From positions 109,052 to 173,051 of the forward strand of contig CAWIJI010000007.1 in NCBI GenBank assembly GCA_963836435.1: a stretch of 64,000 nt of DNA. Direction: 5' to 3'. A program made the position numbers and the translations under genes. Origin of the DNA: an uncultured Acidobacteriota bacterium. GTDB taxonomy: Bacteria > Acidobacteriota > Terriglobia > 20CM-2-55-15. Position 1 is the stretch's first letter. The number at the start of each line of letters is the position of its first letter. This document shows, piece by piece, positions 60,073 to 64,000 of the stretch. The notes beneath the pieces are model-generated. The model was given only the letters and a program-made list of their open reading frames with translations. It did no database searches and was not told the DNA's origin.

Positions 60073-61350
60073 ATGCCTCAGCTGAAACCCAAGAAACCCG
60101 TTTCTTTACAGCGACTAAACTCGTGGCGAATGTATCGCCAGTATTTGGATCGCCCCTATGAATCCAAGAACCTGCTGGAACTGATAAAAGCCGTAGGATG
60201 GATTTATTCCCCCGGTTGTTCCACTCCCTATCTGTCGTTGTTCGCCCGTCTAAACTCGTTCAAAACTGAAGACCTCCACAAGCTTGTCTTCGACGAGCGG
60301 AAGCTGGTTCAGCTGGAAACTCTTCGCGGTTGTACCATGCTGGTGCCGCGAGACCAGGCGGCGGTAGCGCTTCGAATTCGTCCGCGGACGTTCACTGAAC
60401 TTGCGAAGCAAGCCAAGCAACAGATGCCTGTGACGGATGCCGAGATGGATAAGCTGAAGACCTCCCTGCTTCGGGCGCTGGAAGGAGGAGCCAAAACCTC
60501 CGCGCAGCTCCAGCGTGCCGTGCCACCTGCGCTGCTCAAGGATTTCGGCCCGGAACTCAAGCGTATTGGATTTCTGAGCAGTATGTCTCTGGCCCTGAAT
60601 CTTTTGAAGGAAGACGGCCGGATTATCAAGATCCAGACGGAACGGCGGCTCGACTCCACCGAGTACTCCCATATTCTGCTGTCCGATCTGCTTCCCGAAG
60701 TGGACCCGTTCGCGATGCGAAGTCACGAAGCCTGTACTCGGCTGGCGGCGCAGTATTTCCGAGCCGAGTCGCCGGCGCGCGCAAGAGATTTCGCCTGGTG
60801 GGCGGGCATCAACGTGACCGACGCCATCAAGGGCATCGAGGATGCAAAGCCCAGGCTGGTCCCCATCCTGGTGGAAGGCACCAAAGAGGAATATCTGATC
60901 CCGGAAAGCGACGTTGACGAGTTTCACAGGTTTTCCCCTAACGAAAATTCTTTCAACCTCATCCCGTATCGCGACACTTACCTGAAGGGACAGCGCGAGA
61001 TCGTGGATCGTTTCCTGCGCATGGAACATGCGGACAAGCCGTTCTCGAGATGGAAGGGAAAACTGATCAACGATCCGATAGCAACAATCATCCGCGAAGG
61101 CCAGGTTATCGGCGTGTGGGAGTGGAACGAATCCGACAAGAATATTGACCTCATTCTCTTTGAGAACACACCCAAACCCCTTCAAAAAACGATTGAAAAA
61201 CGCGCCCACGATCTCTCGGCCTTTATTCGCAAACATCTGGGCCAGACGCGGCTTCACGGCCTTGATTTTGGTCCGCACCAGATGACATGCATTCACGACC
61301 TGAAAGCTTTCTGGGGTAAAGGAGCACAGGTCGACGTCCGGACCGTATGA
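60073..61350 (+). CDS. Winged-helix HTH_42 family protein (AlkZ/YcaQ-like DNA crosslink glycosylase homolog)
   Basis: PYLSLFARL, TLRGCTMLVP, YFRAESPARARDFAWWAG, LIPYRDTYL, GQVIGVW match the HTH_42 pattern. Confidence 0.75.
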   Translation: MPQLKPKKPVSLQRLNSWRMYRQYLDRPYESKNLLELIKAVGWIYSPGCSTPYLSLFARLNSFKTEDLHKLVFDERKLVQLETLRGCTMLVPRDQAAVALRIRPRTFTELAKQAKQQMPVTDAEMDKLKTSLLRALEGGAKTSAQLQRAVPPALLKDFGPELKRIGFLSSMSLALNLLKEDGRIIKIQTERRLDSTEYSHILLSDLLPEVDPFAMRSHEACTRLAAQYFRAESPARARDFAWWAGINVTDAIKGIEDAKPRLVPILVEGTKEEYLIPESDVDEFHRFSPNENSFNLIPYRDTYLKGQREIVDRFLRMEHADKPFSRWKGKLINDPIATIIREGQVIGVWEWNESDKNIDLILFENTPKPLQKTIEKRAHDLSAFIRKHLGQTRLHGLDFGPHQMTCIHDLKAFWGKGAQVDVRTV

Positions 61351-63176
61351 GACGAATTCGTTCCCGGGCCGCATTCGTTCTCTTCATCCTCCTTGCGATT
61401 TCCGGCCTCAACGCCGGCAGCCTCCCAATCCGCGACCTTTCCGCAGAACGCTACCTGCAGCACGTTTCGTTTCTCGCCTCCGACAGTCTCAAAGGCCGGG
61501 GCAATGGGACACCCGAACTTGACCGCGCGGCTGAATACATCGCTGCGCAATTTCGCACTTCCGGTCTTAAGCCCGCAGGTGACGGCGGAACGTTCTTCCA
61601 GAAGTTCGAGATCACAACCGGTGTGGAATTTGGTGAGAAGAATGCGCTTCAGATCGATGGCGTAGCCAGGCAAAAGGACAAAGACTTTGTCACGCTGCCG
61701 ATCTCCTCTTCCGGCACGTATGAAGGGTCGGTCGTGTTTGCAGGTTATGGAATCACTTCAGCGGCACTGCGGTGGGACGACTACGCGGGCATCGACGCCA
61801 AAGACAAGGCGGTTGTGGTGTTTCGCCACGATCCGGAAGAGGCAAGTCCCAACGATCGATTTGCTAAAGATCCCGCGGAACCCAACAGCTTCGTCAGCAA
61901 GGCCCGGAATGCCCGGCAGCATGGCGCAAAGGCGATTCTGTTCATTACCGATCCCAATAATCACGAGTCCGCCGGGGATGTTCTGGCGCACGATCTGCTG
62001 CAACTGGATGCGCGCGATCTGAGTATCGTGGCAATGTACACCACACGAGCCGCCGTACTGCCGCTCTTCCAGCAAAGCGGGAAAACACCCTCGGACGTCC
62101 AGAAAGAAATCGACGGCAGCCAAAAGCCTCAGTCTTTTGAGTTCAACGGCGCGAGAATTCGGGCTGTGAGCGATGTCAGGCCCGTGCGCAAGACTGTCCG
62201 TAACGTGCTGGCGTCGGTCGCCGGTTCCGACGCGAAGTTGAAGGACGAGTGGGTGGTGATTGGGGCGCACTACGATCATCTGGGAATGGGTGACGCGGGT
62301 CGCGAGATGTATCCCGCCGACGTCGGCCAGATCCATCACGGCGCCGACGACAACGCTTCCGGAACGGCCGGCGTGCTCGAGCTGGCACGGCTGTTCCAGA
62401 AAAACAGGAAGGAGTTCAAGCGCTCGATATTGTTCATGACCTTCGCAGGCGAAGAACTGGGCCTGTTCGGATCAAGCTACTTTGTCAACAACCCGACGGT
62501 GCCCCTCGCCTCGATCACAGCCATGATCAATATGGATATGATCGGGCGCCTTTCAGGACGCTCCCTGAATGTCATGGGCACGGGAACGTCTCCGGATTTT
62601 CCTTCGTGGATTGCGGAAGCGAACAAAGACCTCGGGTTGAATATTACGCTTTCCAACGGCGGCCACGAAGGCAGCGACCACATTTCCTTCGACGGGAAAC
62701 ATATTCCGATACTGTTTTTCTTCTCAGGTCTGCACTCGGACTACCACCGGCCCTCGGATACGGCAGACAAGATTGATTCGAAGGGTGCGATCCGCGTGTT
62801 GTCGCTCGCGGCCGGCGCGGCCGAACGGATCGCCAACGCTCCAGTAAAGCTGCAGTACACAGAGGTCAAGGAAGACCGGCCCCAGGGAGGAACCGGGGGA
62901 GGAAGCCCTTACGGAACCTATTTTGGATCCGTGCCGGATTTTCGCGATGATCTCATGGGAGTCCTGTTCGCAGACGTACACGCGGACAGCCCGGCCGGGA
63001 AAGCCGGACTGAAGGCCGGCGATTTACTGGTGGAATTCGCCGGCGAGCCGATCAAGAACCTTTACGATTTCACCGACGCGCTGGCAGCGAAGAAGCCGGG
63101 AGATGTGGTCGCCGTGGTGGTGAAGCGGGGAACACAGTCGATCAAGGTGAACGTGACTCTGGAAGTGAGGAAGTAG
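61347..63176 (+). CDS. M28 family peptidase with PA and PDZ domains
   Basis: LASDSLKGRG, VFAGYGI (PA), IGAHYDHLG, GADDNASG, GEELGLFGS, NMDMIGR, SDH, DYHRPSD, C-terminal PDZ (SPAGKAGLKAGD). Confidence 0.93.
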   Translation: MRRIRSRAAFVLFILLAISGLNAGSLPIRDLSAERYLQHVSFLASDSLKGRGNGTPELDRAAEYIAAQFRTSGLKPAGDGGTFFQKFEITTGVEFGEKNALQIDGVARQKDKDFVTLPISSSGTYEGSVVFAGYGITSAALRWDDYAGIDAKDKAVVVFRHDPEEASPNDRFAKDPAEPNSFVSKARNARQHGAKAILFITDPNNHESAGDVLAHDLLQLDARDLSIVAMYTTRAAVLPLFQQSGKTPSDVQKEIDGSQKPQSFEFNGARIRAVSDVRPVRKTVRNVLASVAGSDAKLKDEWVVIGAHYDHLGMGDAGREMYPADVGQIHHGADDNASGTAGVLELARLFQKNRKEFKRSILFMTFAGEELGLFGSSYFVNNPTVPLASITAMINMDMIGRLSGRSLNVMGTGTSPDFPSWIAEANKDLGLNITLSNGGHEGSDHISFDGKHIPILFFFSGLHSDYHRPSDTADKIDSKGAIRVLSLAAGAAERIANAPVKLQYTEVKEDRPQGGTGGGSPYGTYFGSVPDFRDDLMGVLFADVHADSPAGKAGLKAGDLLVEFAGEPIKNLYDFTDALAAKKPGDVVAVVVKRGTQSIKVNVTLEVRK

Positions 63177-64000
63177 ATGCAGAAAACGGGCACTTTCGGT
63201 ATGCCTGACCACCCCGGCCTTCGGAGACCCCTCCTCAAGAGGGGGGGACTGCTTGTCCTCTTGTTTTCCACAACGCTGCTGCTTGCGCAACAGGGCCGCA
63301 GTATTCAACCACATCCGAAGGAACGTCATCTCCGCAACATCCGGCAGCTCACCTACGGTGGCGAAAACGCGGAGGCTTATTTCTCCGCTGACGGCAGGAA
63401 AATCATCCTGCAATCCACGCGCGAGCCTTACAAATGCGACCAGATCTTCACCATGAACGCGGACGGCAGCGGTGTGAAGATGGTGAGCACCGGCAAGGGC
63501 CGCACCACCTGCAGCTACTTCACTCCGGACGGCAGCCGGATCATCTATGCCTCCACCCACCTCGGCTCTCCGGATTGTCCGCCGAACCCTGATCGCAGCG
63601 CCGGGTACGTATGGCCCCTCTACAAGACATTCGACATTTTCTCCGCAAAACCCGACGGCTCCGACATGAAGAGGCTGACAACCGCCGATGGTTACGACGC
63701 TGAAGGGACAATCTCGCCGGACGGCAAGAAGATCATCTTCACCTCCACGCGCGACAACGACATCGAGTTGTACGAAATGAACATCGACGGCAGCAATCAG
63801 CATCGACTCACCAACGAGATCGGTTACGATGGCGGCGCCTTCTATTCGCAGGATGGCCAATGGATCGTCTGGCGCGCCAGCCGGCCGAAAACCGATGAAG
63901 AGGTCAGACAGTTCAAGGACCTCCTGGCGAAGGAGCTGGTGATGCCGACAAAGCTGGAGATCATGATTATGAAAGCGGACGGCACCCAGAAGCGGCAGTT
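63177..64000 (+). CDS. TolB-like PD40/WD40 beta-propeller protein (runs off the right edge)
   Basis: Not in the ORF track. ERHLRNIRQLTYGGENAEAYFSADG, GRTTCSYF, GYDAEGTISPDG, GYDGGAFYSQDG. Confidence 0.88.
   Translation, partial: MQKTGTFGMPDHPGLRRPLLKRGGLLVLLFSTTLLLAQQGRSIQPHPKERHLRNIRQLTYGGENAEAYFSADGRKIILQSTREPYKCDQIFTMNADGSGVKMVSTGKGRTTCSYFTPDGSRIIYASTHLGSPDCPPNPDRSAGYVWPLYKTFDIFSAKPDGSDMKRLTTADGYDAEGTISPDGKKIIFTSTRDNDIELYEMNIDGSNQHRLTNEIGYDGGAFYSQDGQWIVWRASRPKTDEEVRQFKDLLAKELVMPTKLEIMIMKADGTQKRQ

Overview
A gene-dense, moderately GC-rich bacterial chromosomal segment, probably Acidobacteriota (inferred from gene content, Gly-Arg-rich linkers and repeat types; not verified). Left to right: (1) a ~16 kb minus-strand run of rmlD, four glycosyltransferases, a Wzx-like flippase, an ECF sigma/zinc anti-sigma pair and a type II secretion cluster gspE-F-G-H-I-J-K-L-M; (2) ahpC, fumC, a Ni/Co transporter, tdk, ispG and gdh; (3) an IorAB-type molybdoenzyme divergent from two tandem tannase/feruloyl-esterase paralogs and a lactate permease; (4) an S1-domain protein, DinB-like, YciI with an ECF42-type sigma factor and its promoter, a class III aminotransferase, acs, ferredoxin, a methyltransferase and an acyl-CoA ligase; (5) a MacAB-like module, purE, and a TetR-led operon joining an RND pump, a MacAB-type ABC exporter and one TolC; (6) VOC, a non-canonical AlkZ/YcaQ-like protein, an M28-PDZ peptidase and a TolB-like protein. 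There are two families of small dispersed repeats: a REPIN-like double hairpin, and a 45-bp REP-like unit that forms an in-frame tandem array in a glycosyltransferase and sits at gene starts. Several patches of frameshifts (gspE, tdk/ispG, acs/fdx, macB, acrB) look like sequencing errors. No rRNA, tRNA, CRISPR array or transposase was recognised.
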